From: a virus
Length of the DNA: 52,029 nt
Strand: one strand, 5' to 3'
Virus genome (UHGV): UHGV-0205583
Under the pieces are notes generated by a model. That model was not told the DNA's origin. It searched no databases and saw only the letters and a program-made list of their open reading frames with translations. Positions 27,483 through 35,535 of this stretch are shown one piece after another. A program made the position numbers and the translations under genes. Each line of letters starts with the position of its first letter. The stretch's first letter is position 1.

Positions 27483-28717
27483 TATATTTTCCCGTCAAAA
27501 ATAAATCGGTATTCCTGATTATTCAACGCAGTCAGCTCCTGACGGGCCAGCTCGTTGTGTGCCGACGTATGTGAACGTAACAAAAAATGGACTTTTATCA
27601 CGCGCAGAAGATCCTTCCAGTAGTCACTCAAGGGCGTAGTATCGATATTAAATTCCTTGTTTTCCCGCAGAGCCTTTTCTGCTTCAAGGATGACTGTAAT
27701 GTCCTTTAAGGATTGAATTTCGGGCATATCACCCATCACCGGCAAGGTACTCATAAAGCCTTCTTGTTGTAGCGCTTTTACTTGTTCAAAATGTTCTTCA
27801 TAGATATGGAGGCTTGAGACGAAGTGATGATAATACCCCAGTTTGCATCCGGTGAGGCGGGCGACCAGTTCCTGCAACATCGTGAAGGAGAACACATCAT
27901 GGGGTAAGCCCATAAAGGCATCGTTAGAGCGCATACAGACAAAAAGATGCAATGCATCTTGTCTGACAATAAATTGCAACGATATAGTGCACGGAATATC
28001 GGCATATTCTGTCTGCTCTGGATTACCCGTCACCAGATCTGAGGCATCAAACAGTTGTATCAGCGCGCGTCGAGTAGTTCTTTTCTCCTGCAGCAGACTG
28101 ATGACATTTTCCAACTGATTATACAGCCCGTGCATACTAAATAATCTCGGACCGTATCCCCCGTGTATTCTGCCGTCGGATTCAGCGTATTTTACGTAGC
28201 GAGGTATGAAGTGCCGGATGAAATCGAGATCGTTCTGGGCTGAGAGGTACCATAGCAATTCCCCCAGACAGCTGACAATTTTACCGCGGGATTCTGTCCT
28301 ACTTATTCTGCGGCGAGGATCGGTGAGAATCAGGTAGGCTCCCAGAATTTCAATATTTGCTCCTTTAGTGGGAGTATTCCAGAGTCCGCCAGTAAGGATC
28401 GCCTGATGGACATCGTTTAACAGATCGTCAACACATTCAGCCGTCACCAGAAGAGTCATAAACTGCCTGTTATATAATGAATGTAACAAATCATTACCAC
28501 TAGTGCGATAAATAGTCAACATGCCATTAGTAAAAACAGGGCTATAACCGCTATGACACATATCATCAGGTGCGAGGTTTGACACCCATGTTTCCTCCAT
28601 TCCCTCTGGAAGCAAAAAATGTTCACGTAGAATAAGAACTGAGGGACGCAGACGCATGCAGGCCACTCGCCAGGGTATTCCTCCAAATGAACTGGCCGGT
28701 TTCCTAATATCAGCCAT
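27482..28717 (-). CDS. thymidylate synthase superfamily enzyme (ThyA-like / candidate dNMP hydroxymethylase) with N- and C-terminal extensions
   Basis: Aligns by eye to E. coli ThyA across its core blocks (LGELLWYLS, YGPRLFSMHG, RRALIQLFD, and the catalytic IPCTISLQFIVRQDALHLFVCMRSNDAFMGLPHDVFSFTMLQ). 411 aa versus 264 aa for ThyA. Confidence 0.75.
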   Translation of the reverse strand: MADIRKPASSFGGIPWRVACMRLRPSVLILREHFLLPEGMEETWVSNLAPDDMCHSGYSPVFTNGMLTIYRTSGNDLLHSLYNRQFMTLLVTAECVDDLLNDVHQAILTGGLWNTPTKGANIEILGAYLILTDPRRRISRTESRGKIVSCLGELLWYLSAQNDLDFIRHFIPRYVKYAESDGRIHGGYGPRLFSMHGLYNQLENVISLLQEKRTTRRALIQLFDASDLVTGNPEQTEYADIPCTISLQFIVRQDALHLFVCMRSNDAFMGLPHDVFSFTMLQELVARLTGCKLGYYHHFVSSLHIYEEHFEQVKALQQEGFMSTLPVMGDMPEIQSLKDITVILEAEKALRENKEFNIDTTPLSDYWKDLLRVIKVHFLLRSHTSAHNELARQELTALNNQEYRFIFDGKI

Positions 28718-28750
28718 TAAAATAGCGCTGTAAACTTCATTACCAAATGC

Positions 28751-28818
28751 GGCGCGCCTGTAAGGGCCTGACTACAGGTTTAAACACTGTGCAACCACAA
28801 GTCCTAGGTCCGCTCTTC
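28751..28818. other. cluster of rare restriction sites: AscI (28751), PmeI (28778), AvrII (28803), SapI (28812)
   Basis: Two 8-bp sites, a 6-bp site and a type IIS site lie within 68 bp. Short GC-rich inverted repeats follow at 28807..28832 and 28851..28872. Confidence 0.7.
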
Positions 28819-29045
28819 GCTCATAGCGGACCTCCAAATCAGTTAGTTTGTCCGCTCTGTGCCAAGAGCGGAATCTGGAACGCCAGAGGTAGCAACGTTT
28901 CTTATCAAAGGTGTTGATCACCACAAAAATGACTGTATCCCTGTGATAGCGGATTTCGTCCTTTGTGGAGAAAAGATCAATCTAAACATGAGCATGGGTT
29001 AGCGAAAAGTGGCATTAAACGCTTGAACATTTCACCTAACAAGTA

Positions 29046-29065
29046 TACTGTTTATTTATACAGTA
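29046..29065. promoter_or_regulatory. LexA (SOS) box upstream of dinI homologue
   Basis: TACTGTTTATTTATACAGTA fits CTGT-N8-ACAG perfectly and lies 20 nt upstream of the ATG. Confidence 0.85.
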
Positions 29066-29084
29066 CTTGCGTGAGGAGCTAGTT

Positions 29085-29318
29085 ATGAAAGTGGAAATCA
29101 CAATTGATCGCCAAAAAAAATTGCCGGATGGCGCTGTGCCTGCTCTGGAGAAGGAGCTACTGCGGCGATTGGATCAAAACTTTAATAACTGCAGTCTTGT
29201 GATTCGTCGGGCCAGCTCCGATGGTTTGACCGTGCTTGGTGGAATGGACGGAGATAAAAAACGTATTGAGGAAATCCTGCAGGACACCTGGGAAAGCGCT
29301 GATGACTGGTTTTGTTAA
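29085..29318 (+). CDS. dinI: DinI-family DNA-damage-inducible protein
   Basis: High identity to E. coli DinI by eye (EVTI...LP.GA..AL..EL.RR, RIEEILQDTWESADDWF). Confidence 0.85.
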   Translation: MKVEITIDRQKKLPDGAVPALEKELLRRLDQNFNNCSLVIRRASSDGLTVLGGMDGDKKRIEEILQDTWESADDWFC

Positions 29319-29361
29319 GTTGAGGTCCATTGGCTTGCCTGGTTTATTTTGGGGATTTGGC

Positions 29362-29620
29362 TGTGAGTAAAAAACAAGAAATGCCGAACACCGGCTATGC
29401 AATTATCAGATGCGATGATGGGGTGATCGTTGCTCGTCTGACATCCTTTCCTGTGTCTGAGCGCGCTCTGATGTACCGGCGCGGAGACACTGTTTCGTTT
29501 ATGCCTTTGCAGCCGGATGAGATAGTGGGGACTCTCTCTCTTTTTTCACAGATGATTGAAAAGGCTAAGTCTGGAGTTGGTTACCAGGTTCCCCCTGGTT
29601 CTGTTACAATCCCGTCATAG
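29362..29620 (+). CDS. hypothetical protein co-transcribed with dinI (candidate antirepressor)
   Basis: About 80-86 aa, directly downstream of dinI in the LexA-boxed operon. Start is GTG at 29362 or ATG at 29378. Confidence 0.35.
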
Positions 29621-29660
29621 GCCTGAACAACCTATACCTGCTGCGTCGCGGAGAGAAACC

Positions 29661-30053
29661 ATGACGCAAACCCCCGAAGTATCAAAATCCCATCAGACTG
29701 GTGCTCCTTCATCGAGCGCCGGTTTGCTTTCGTCTTCAAAACTAACTTTTCGACAGCAGGAAGTTTTCGATCTGCTGGTGGCCTACATCAATCAGCATGG
29801 CTACCCACCTACGCTATCTGAGCTGGCCGATATGCTCGGCGTTAGCTCGTCTAATGCTGTCCTGTTGCATCTGCGTGCGTTAGAGAGAAAAAATTTTATA
29901 AAACTCTCTCGCCGTGTCTCCAGAGGAATTTCCATCGTCGGGCGAAAGGAGCCTGTGCTCGCCGTGCAGCTGCTGCAGGAAATGATCGCTGAAGAACCCG
30001 GCGCGCGTGAAAGAGCGATTGAGTTTTTACGACTGTTCGGTGATCAGCCATGA
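29661..30053 (+). CDS. LexA N-terminal DNA-binding-domain-only protein
   Basis: Residues 25-95 align to LexA 1-70 (LTxRQQEVFDL...G.PPT..E.A..LG..S.NA...HL.AL.RK..I....SRGI). No S24 peptidase domain follows. Confidence 0.6.
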   Translation: MTQTPEVSKSHQTGAPSSSAGLLSSSKLTFRQQEVFDLLVAYINQHGYPPTLSELADMLGVSSSNAVLLHLRALERKNFIKLSRRVSRGISIVGRKEPVLAVQLLQEMIAEEPGARERAIEFLRLFGDQP

Positions 30054-30253
30054 AGAAAAGTTGGTTTTTACACGAGCAACTTTCAGAGGCTGAAGCTACA
30101 GAGCTGGTGGAGCGATACCGTAAAAATAACTTTGTGGTTGAGAAAAGCTTGTCCAGAGACTTTGCATCGTGGGAGATCCGCGTGCTGTTGCCGGAATCGA
30201 AGAAGCCGCCACGGATTGACAGGACCTACATACAGAAGATGTGGAGGGACTGA
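30050..30253 (+). CDS. hypothetical small protein
   Basis: 67-aa ORF overlapping both neighbouring genes in the operon. Confidence 0.3.
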   Translation: MKKSWFLHEQLSEAEATELVERYRKNNFVVEKSLSRDFASWEIRVLLPESKKPPRIDRTYIQKMWRD

Positions 30254-31284
30254 TGCGAGCTTTGCTTAACGTGGATATTGCACGCCATCTTGGAATTGTG
30301 CTGCTTAAGCCGGGTAGTGAATTAATGCCGTTATTCGGTGCCGGCCGAGTTCTTGTGGAAATACCGCCGGCAAGCATGAAAAAGATACCCTGCGGGCGTC
30401 TTCCTAATGCCCGGCAGCCGTTGCGGGATGATATGGGGCTCAGACCATTTTTCATGAAGAAGGCAGTTATCACTGCGGCTGGTGGTGTTAGTGCTTTAGA
30501 GTCATGGTTGCGCCGGCAGGTTAAAAACTGTCAGTGGACACATTCCGATTACCATCACCATGAGCTCGTCCCGTTTCGCCATTCGACGGGTGTAATAATC
30601 GCATGCTGGCACTGTGATAATGAGCTGAAAAACCAAACAGAACAAACCCTCGATCAACTGGTAGGTGTTAATAACGCTGACTGGGTAATCGACACTGCCC
30701 GCATCGCGCTTGGTCTGGACGCTCAGCGCTCATTGTCACTGGCGGAGCTATGCTGGTGGGCGGTAGGCGCCGGGATTGGCGATGAAATTACAGAAGAAAT
30801 GGCGCGCCGATCCCTGCGTATTAAAGACGATGGCATTAAATCGATTTACAGGGAGAGTGAAATTGTTCCGTCGGTACCGGCCACCAGTATTCTTTCTCCC
30901 CGTCTCGAAAAAACAATCAAGCCAACGGCAATAACAACGCCGGGCAAACCTCTGGTTCCTGTGAACGTCGATCCTGTTGCTCCGGCGACACTATTCGCGA
31001 GACCTAAGCGGAGCCGATGGTTATCAGCTGACTTTATCTCATGGGTTAAAAAACAGCCGTGTATGTGCTGTGGGCAGCCTGCAGATGATGCACATCATCT
31101 TATTGGCTGGGGGCAGGGCGGCGTAGGCACCAAGGCCCACGATATTTTTACGATCCCATTATGCCGCAAGCACCACCGCGCTTTGCACCATGACCCTGCC
31201 GCTTTTGAGCGTGAATACGGCACCCAGCCGGTATTAATTATTAAATTGCTGGACCGGGCATACGCGCTCGGCGTTCTGGCGTAG
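30241..31284 (+). CDS. DUF968-like prophage protein with C-terminal Cys/His (HNH-like) cluster
   Basis: C-terminal CMCCGQPADDAHHL...LCRKHHRALHH. Sits at the position of the YdfU-type gene that precedes Q in the Qin prophage. Confidence 0.45.
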   Translation: MEGLMRALLNVDIARHLGIVLLKPGSELMPLFGAGRVLVEIPPASMKKIPCGRLPNARQPLRDDMGLRPFFMKKAVITAAGGVSALESWLRRQVKNCQWTHSDYHHHELVPFRHSTGVIIACWHCDNELKNQTEQTLDQLVGVNNADWVIDTARIALGLDAQRSLSLAELCWWAVGAGIGDEITEEMARRSLRIKDDGIKSIYRESEIVPSVPATSILSPRLEKTIKPTAITTPGKPLVPVNVDPVAPATLFARPKRSRWLSADFISWVKKQPCMCCGQPADDAHHLIGWGQGGVGTKAHDIFTIPLCRKHHRALHHDPAAFEREYGTQPVLIIKLLDRAYALGVLA

Positions 31285-31300
31285 TAAGGAGAAGAACAGA

Positions 31301-31903
31301 ATGACACCACGTCAACGCCGTCTGCACCGTGCAGGATTAGCAACAGTTGCCGCCGCCCCGCGCAAAAGCTGGCTGGGCCGATTCACTCCCCTTAATGGTA
31401 TTCAGTCCGCCTGGATAAAATCTCTGCTTACTGTTTGGGGGGAAGGGATGAGAGGAGGTGCAGCCCCGCGTAAACCATCAGGACATTCATGCTGGCGAGG
31501 TATGAAGGGTGATCACTGGTCAGATAGAGCATTAGAGCGCTTTACGGCAGCAATCGAGCAGGCAAGGAGTGAAGGCTATCGCGGGCGGCAGGCACTAAGC
31601 AGGGCGCATGCCATTTTGTGGCCAAAAACTCCAACTGTTGCCATTGACGCTGCGATCACTGAGGATGATGTTGAATTTGTTGAACGATGTGTACTGGCGA
31701 TATTTGAAACGGGTGATCCTGTTTATCTCGTTGGCGTTAACTATTACACCACCCGCAAAAAAATCTCAGACATAACACGGGAAATACAGCTGGTGGCTCC
31801 ATGGTTAACAGACAGTGAGGCCCGGAAAAGAGTGCGCTGGTGCCTTGAAATATTCAGAGCAAAAGCTTTCCTTTCTGTTCATAAGGCGATTCATGCGGAT
31901 TAG
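31301..31903 (+). CDS. candidate late-gene regulator (Q-position protein)
   Basis: 200 aa. Assignment is positional only (DUF968, then this gene, then terminator, late promoter and lysis genes). No family motif recognised. Confidence 0.3.
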   Translation: MTPRQRRLHRAGLATVAAAPRKSWLGRFTPLNGIQSAWIKSLLTVWGEGMRGGAAPRKPSGHSCWRGMKGDHWSDRALERFTAAIEQARSEGYRGRQALSRAHAILWPKTPTVAIDAAITEDDVEFVERCVLAIFETGDPVYLVGVNYYTTRKKISDITREIQLVAPWLTDSEARKRVRWCLEIFRAKAFLSVHKAIHAD

Positions 31904-32023
31904 CAAAAAGTGCTATGTTGCCTTTTTGGTATTGAAAATGGGCCAGAAAGTTAGATAATTCCTTCATGCTTGGCAGAGCTGCGCCACTCGGCAGCGACAA
32001 AAAGCGACAATCTGAATATAACG

Positions 32024-32048
32024 AAAACCCCGCCCGTGCGGGGTTTTT
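32024..32048. terminator. bidirectional rho-independent terminator
   Basis: AAAA-CCCCGC-ccgt-GCGGGG-TTTTT lies between two convergent genes. Confidence 0.7.
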
Positions 32049-32146
32049 GCTTTCCGGCGATATGACAGGGGTATTCGCGAGATGCGCTGCATCAATACCC
32101 CTGTCATATCGTCGTATTGCATACGCAATCTCACATGCTTCAGCAT

Positions 32147-32350
32147 TCACTGAGGATTTTTAGTGATTTTTTTGAAGATCTCTAGGGCTTCGGTTGTTAA
32201 CTGATCATGTTCGCTAAAGTAACTGTCACATGCTGCCTGCTTTTGAGCAGGGGATAGATTAGGGTTGCTTGTTAATTCAGCAGTTTTAGCTGCTATTTCT
32301 GCCAAACGTTCAAAAATCTCTGAAATTCTTTGGTTATCAGTAGATAGCAT
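32147..32350 (-). CDS. hypothetical small protein
   Basis: 67-aa ORF convergent with the Q-position gene. Start context is AGGTAAGTAAAATG. Confidence 0.3.
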   Translation of the reverse strand: MLSTDNQRISEIFERLAEIAAKTAELTSNPNLSPAQKQAACDSYFSEHDQLTTEALEIFKKITKNPQ

Positions 32351-32495
32351 TTTACTTACCTCGTATTTACCTGATATCAGTGAGTGCTACATTGAGTCAG
32401 GGCTTCGCAATAGCTTTAAGTATTAGAATGCATACAATTTAAGTGGGCGTTGTTGGCTTATATTATGGCAGAGGCGCTGGCGGTATGGTCAGATA

Positions 32496-32525
32496 TTGAC
32501 ACTTTGAATGTTTGCATCATAAATT
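32496..32525 (+). promoter_or_regulatory. candidate late promoter (TTGACA-N18-TAAATT) driving structured RNA copy 1
   Basis: Consensus -35 hexamer. The -10 hexamer ends 5 nt before the first G of the element. Confidence 0.4.
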
Positions 32526-32530
32526 ATTGA

Positions 32531-32641
32531 GGTGGTGAATCCCCCTATGCGGAGGGGCGACCAGTCAGTTACAGAAACCTGTAAATGCAGCGCGGGCCAT
32601 GCCGACTGGGGCATGCTCACCGGGAGGCACCCGGCACCACA
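32531..32641 (+). ncRNA. put-like structured leader RNA, copy 1
   Basis: Closing stem GGUGGUG...CACCACA. Internal hairpins CCCCU-augcgg-AGGGG, UUACAG-aaac-CUGUAA, CAUGCC-gacugg-GGCAUG and CCGGG-aggca-CCCGG. Confidence 0.45.
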
Positions 32642-32804
32642 CTGTCACTAAGCATATTGAATATTTCATAGTGGGTTTACTTTTGCGGTTGCCCTTCTAT
32701 GTTTATAGAACGTAACGGCAAAAGTGAATGCTTCCTGGTAAATCGGTAGCTCGGACTATTAGGTGCACCTTCCTTTCGTTACAGCCTTGGTTGCCAATTT
32801 TCTT

Positions 32805-32830
32805 CCCGCTTCTCTGGCGGGTTTTTTTAT
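32805..32830 (+). terminator. rho-independent terminator about 165 nt downstream of RNA copy 1 (tR-prime-like)
   Basis: CCCGC-ttctctg-GCGGG followed by T7. Confidence 0.65.
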
Positions 32831-32984
32831 TCATAATCTGCCAAAAAAAACATCAAAGCAAGGAAGGCGATGGATTCATTTGCAGGAACTCCTTTCCCCT
32901 TCAACGGAGACAGGCTCAAAGCAATAAGAAGCGGAACAGAAGGATGCTTTGCGCCGAAAAATTAGGTCATAGCGACGCATGGCA

Positions 32985-33013
32985 TTGAAGAGACGTTATT
33001 GAGATGTTAAGTT
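32985..33013 (+). promoter_or_regulatory. candidate promoter (TTGAAG-N17-TAAGTT) driving structured RNA copy 2
   Basis: Same geometry as for copy 1, with the -10 hexamer 5 nt upstream of GGTGGTG. Confidence 0.35.
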
Positions 33014-33018
33014 TTATG

Positions 33019-33123
33019 GGTGGTGAATCCCCCTAGCGGAGGGGCGTAAACAGTTAGAAGCGAATCCTCAGCGCGAGTCACGGTGACTGACCAACGACTT
33101 ACCGGGAAGCACCCGGCACCACA
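33019..33123 (+). ncRNA. put-like structured leader RNA, copy 2
   Basis: Same architecture as copy 1, with compensatory changes in two stems (CCCCU-agcgg-AGGGG and GUCAC-gg-GUGAC replacing CAUGCC..GGCAUG). Confidence 0.45.
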
Positions 33124-33314
33124 ACTTCACCTCAAGCCCACGTTAACGCGTGGGCTGTTCTTTTCCAGCGGATCTATTCAAAGGCTGCGCATTTGCGTGG
33201 CCTTTTTCATTTCAGGCTCACGGGAATCATCATCGATACGGCTCGTTGTTAAATCAGCCCGATGGGCCTGACCCCCTACACGCACAAAGCACCCCGTTAA
33301 TCCGGAGGTGGAGT

Positions 33315-33530
33315 ATGTATCGAATGGACAAGCTAACAACAGGTATTGCCTACGGAACGTCCGCAGGTAACGCGGGGTTCTGGATGTTGCAATTGCTCGA
33401 CAAAGTATCCCCATCCCAGTGGGCCGCTATTGGTGTTCTAGGAAGTCTGGTATTTGGCTTGCTGACATACCTGACGAATCTGTATTTCAAAATTAAAGAG
33501 GACCGGCGAAAAGCTGTGCGAGGTGAATAA
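33315..33530 (+). CDS. holin (class II, dual-start MYRM)
   Basis: 71 aa with two TM helices and a GGAGG SD. Its stop overlaps the endolysin start (TAATG). Confidence 0.7.
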   Translation: MYRMDKLTTGIAYGTSAGNAGFWMLQLLDKVSPSQWAAIGVLGSLVFGLLTYLTNLYFKIKEDRRKAVRGE

Positions 33531-34027
33531 TGTCTCCGACACTACGTAAAAGCGTTCTTGCTGCAGTCGGCGGTGGAGCCTTTGCGATTGCGTCTGCACT
33601 CATTACTGGCCCGACGGGTAATGATGGGCTTGAGGGAGTGCGATACGACCCTTATCAGGATGTGGTAGGTGTCTGGACGGTTTGCTACGGCCACACAGGT
33701 AAAGACATCATGCTCGGCAAAACCTATACCGAGGCAGAGTGTCGGGCGCTATTAAATAAAGACCTGAATACCGTCGCTAGGCAGATCAACCCTTACATCA
33801 AAAAACCGATCCCAGAAACGATGCGTGGGGCTCTGTACTCATTCGCCTATAACGTCGGTGCCGGGAACTTCCAGACCTCTACTCTGCTTCATAAAATCAA
33901 CAAGGGGGACCAGAAAGGTGCATGTAATCAACTGCGCCGCTGGACCTATGCCAAAGGTAAGCAGTGGAAAGGACTTATTACCCGGAGGGAAATTGAGCGT
34001 GAAGTTTGTTTATGGGAGCAAAGATGA
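33530..34027 (+). CDS. endolysin, GH24 lysozyme
   Basis: 165 aa with T4-lysozyme-family motifs (EG....YxD..G..T.G.GHT). Confidence 0.85.
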   Translation: MSPTLRKSVLAAVGGGAFAIASALITGPTGNDGLEGVRYDPYQDVVGVWTVCYGHTGKDIMLGKTYTEAECRALLNKDLNTVARQINPYIKKPIPETMRGALYSFAYNVGAGNFQTSTLLHKINKGDQKGACNQLRRWTYAKGKQWKGLITRREIEREVCLWEQR

Positions 34028-34374
34028 ATCGCTTAACCGCCGTTATCATCGCTATAACAATCCTGCTGGCCTCCAACGTGATTTCGTGGCGCTCAGGCTG
34101 GAGTTCTCACGCTGATCACATCAAGGCTCAGGCTTCAAAGAAGAGAGAGAAGGCCGAGAATACCATTAAGCCTGTAGAGGAAAAGGCCGCTACTGCTAAC
34201 GAAGCGGGTAAGGTCATCTACAAAACAATAACCCGTGACGTGGTGAAATATGTTCAGTCTCCGAATCGTATTGTATGCAGGTTTGATGATGCAGCTGTGC
34301 AGCTGCGCCAGCGCGCCATCGATGCTGCCAACTCCATCCCCGGATTTGATGAGCCCGCCGTGCAAAGCAAGTGA
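34024..34374 (+). CDS. i-spanin (Rz)
   Basis: N-terminal TM segment ([17 protein letters not shown]) followed by coiled coil. Its ATG overlaps the endolysin stop. Confidence 0.6.
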   Translation: MNRLTAVIIAITILLASNVISWRSGWSSHADHIKAQASKKREKAENTIKPVEEKAATANEAGKVIYKTITRDVVKYVQSPNRIVCRFDDAAVQLRQRAIDAANSIPGFDEPAVQSK

Positions 34375-34492
34375 CGCCGGGAAGGATAGCGATGAAGATT
34401 TACAGTCTGACATAGAAACCGCTCAGTGCCTACGCCAGCTCCGTTTGGATAAGTATCGCTGGCAGGTGTACTATCGGGCGGTGAGTAAGTAA
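34286..34492 (+). CDS. o-spanin (Rz1) lipoprotein, overlapping Rz in the +1 frame
   Basis: Lipobox LCSC and a Pro-rich sequence. Extends past the Rz stop. Confidence 0.5.
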   Translation: MMQLCSCASAPSMLPTPSPDLMSPPCKASDAGKDSDEDLQSDIETAQCLRQLRLDKYRWQVYYRAVSK

Positions 34493-34642
34493 CAGGTATA
34501 TCACATGAAATAAGTGGCCTTAAGTGAACAAAAGAATCTGAAAACAAGACATTCAAGCTTTCAGCATCAAAATGTTTGTATCTAATTCAGGTGGGGTCAT
34601 GCACTATAGGATCTCAAACCACTCTTAACTAAGTAGCCACTC

Positions 34643-34840
34643 ATGACAGTAAACTTACTACCACAACTTCCATGCGGTTATCGTTACGGCATTGAGCGCT
34701 CGATCCGGCCCCACACTGATGCGGAATTTTTTCCGCCACAAGGGTGTGTTATCAAATCTGTCAACTTTGGGGATGGTGTGGTTATTTGTGTGCCCATCCA
34801 ATGGTACGTTAAACAATTAGATTTATGGGTCACTGTCTAA
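34643..34840 (+). CDS. hypothetical small protein
   Basis: 65-aa ORF of weak plausibility. Confidence 0.25.
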   Translation: MTVNLLPQLPCGYRYGIERSIRPHTDAEFFPPQGCVIKSVNFGDGVVICVPIQWYVKQLDLWVTV

Positions 34841-35026
34841 GGAACCATCGAATAATATGTTAGTTACCGGCCTCGTTCGGGAGAGCTGAGAATTGCCATC
34901 AAAAGACCAGCAGAGATGCCTGGTGCTCTGGTTGAATGTTCCGGCAAGTTGAAAATGATTGGTTCAATGAGCTCTTTCGATATTTAAATGCTTTCGATAA
35001 CTTAAATGAAGCTATCACCACGTTAT

Positions 35027-35165
35027 CACTGCCAGCCAACACCAAAACGGCAGTGGTCAGTTAAAAAGCAGAAAAGCCTCTCCCGGGTGGCTCCTGAGAG
35101 ATTTTAGTTTTCTAACTGGTACCAACCAAAGGTCGCATTTTTTATGCGACCTTTTTTATTGTGCG
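35027..35165. repeat. terminator-containing module A (TGCCAGCCAACA...GGCTCCTGAGAGATT...terminator)
   Basis: About 75% identical to module B at 36003..36140. Confidence 0.6.
35131..35160 (+). terminator. rho-independent terminator
   Basis: GGTCGCAT-ttttt-ATGCGACC followed by TTTTTTATT. Confidence 0.75.
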
Positions 35166-35289
35166 TAACAGGCATCCGTAAGGAAACCGTTCAGCTTGTA
35201 CACACGGCAAAGATAAATGCAAAAGCATCACAGAGGCTATTTTGTCGAATGGCTTCGATAATACTCCCCACATCGCACAGAGGTAAGAC

Positions 35290-35535
35290 ATGTCAGAGAT
35301 CACTGCATCCGAGCAAATCCGCCTGGATATAATCAAGAAAGTTAATTATGACACCGCAGCGGCCAAGCTGGCCATTGACTGGGTAGGCGACAGCTATCTG
35401 AAGTCTGAGCTATTCGCTGACTCTTTCGATCGTGTTTTCACGGAAAGTGAGATTGTCTCGAAGACCCGTAAGGCAATCCAGGAAGCGACCGAAGCGCTGG
35501 CGCTGTTTGATACTGCCGCTGAGAAAGTCAGCTAA
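35290..35535 (+). CDS. hypothetical protein
   Basis: 81-aa ORF with an SD (AGAGGTAAGACATG). Confidence 0.35.
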   Translation: MSEITASEQIRLDIIKKVNYDTAAAKLAIDWVGDSYLKSELFADSFDRVFTESEIVSKTRKAIQEATEALALFDTAAEKVS

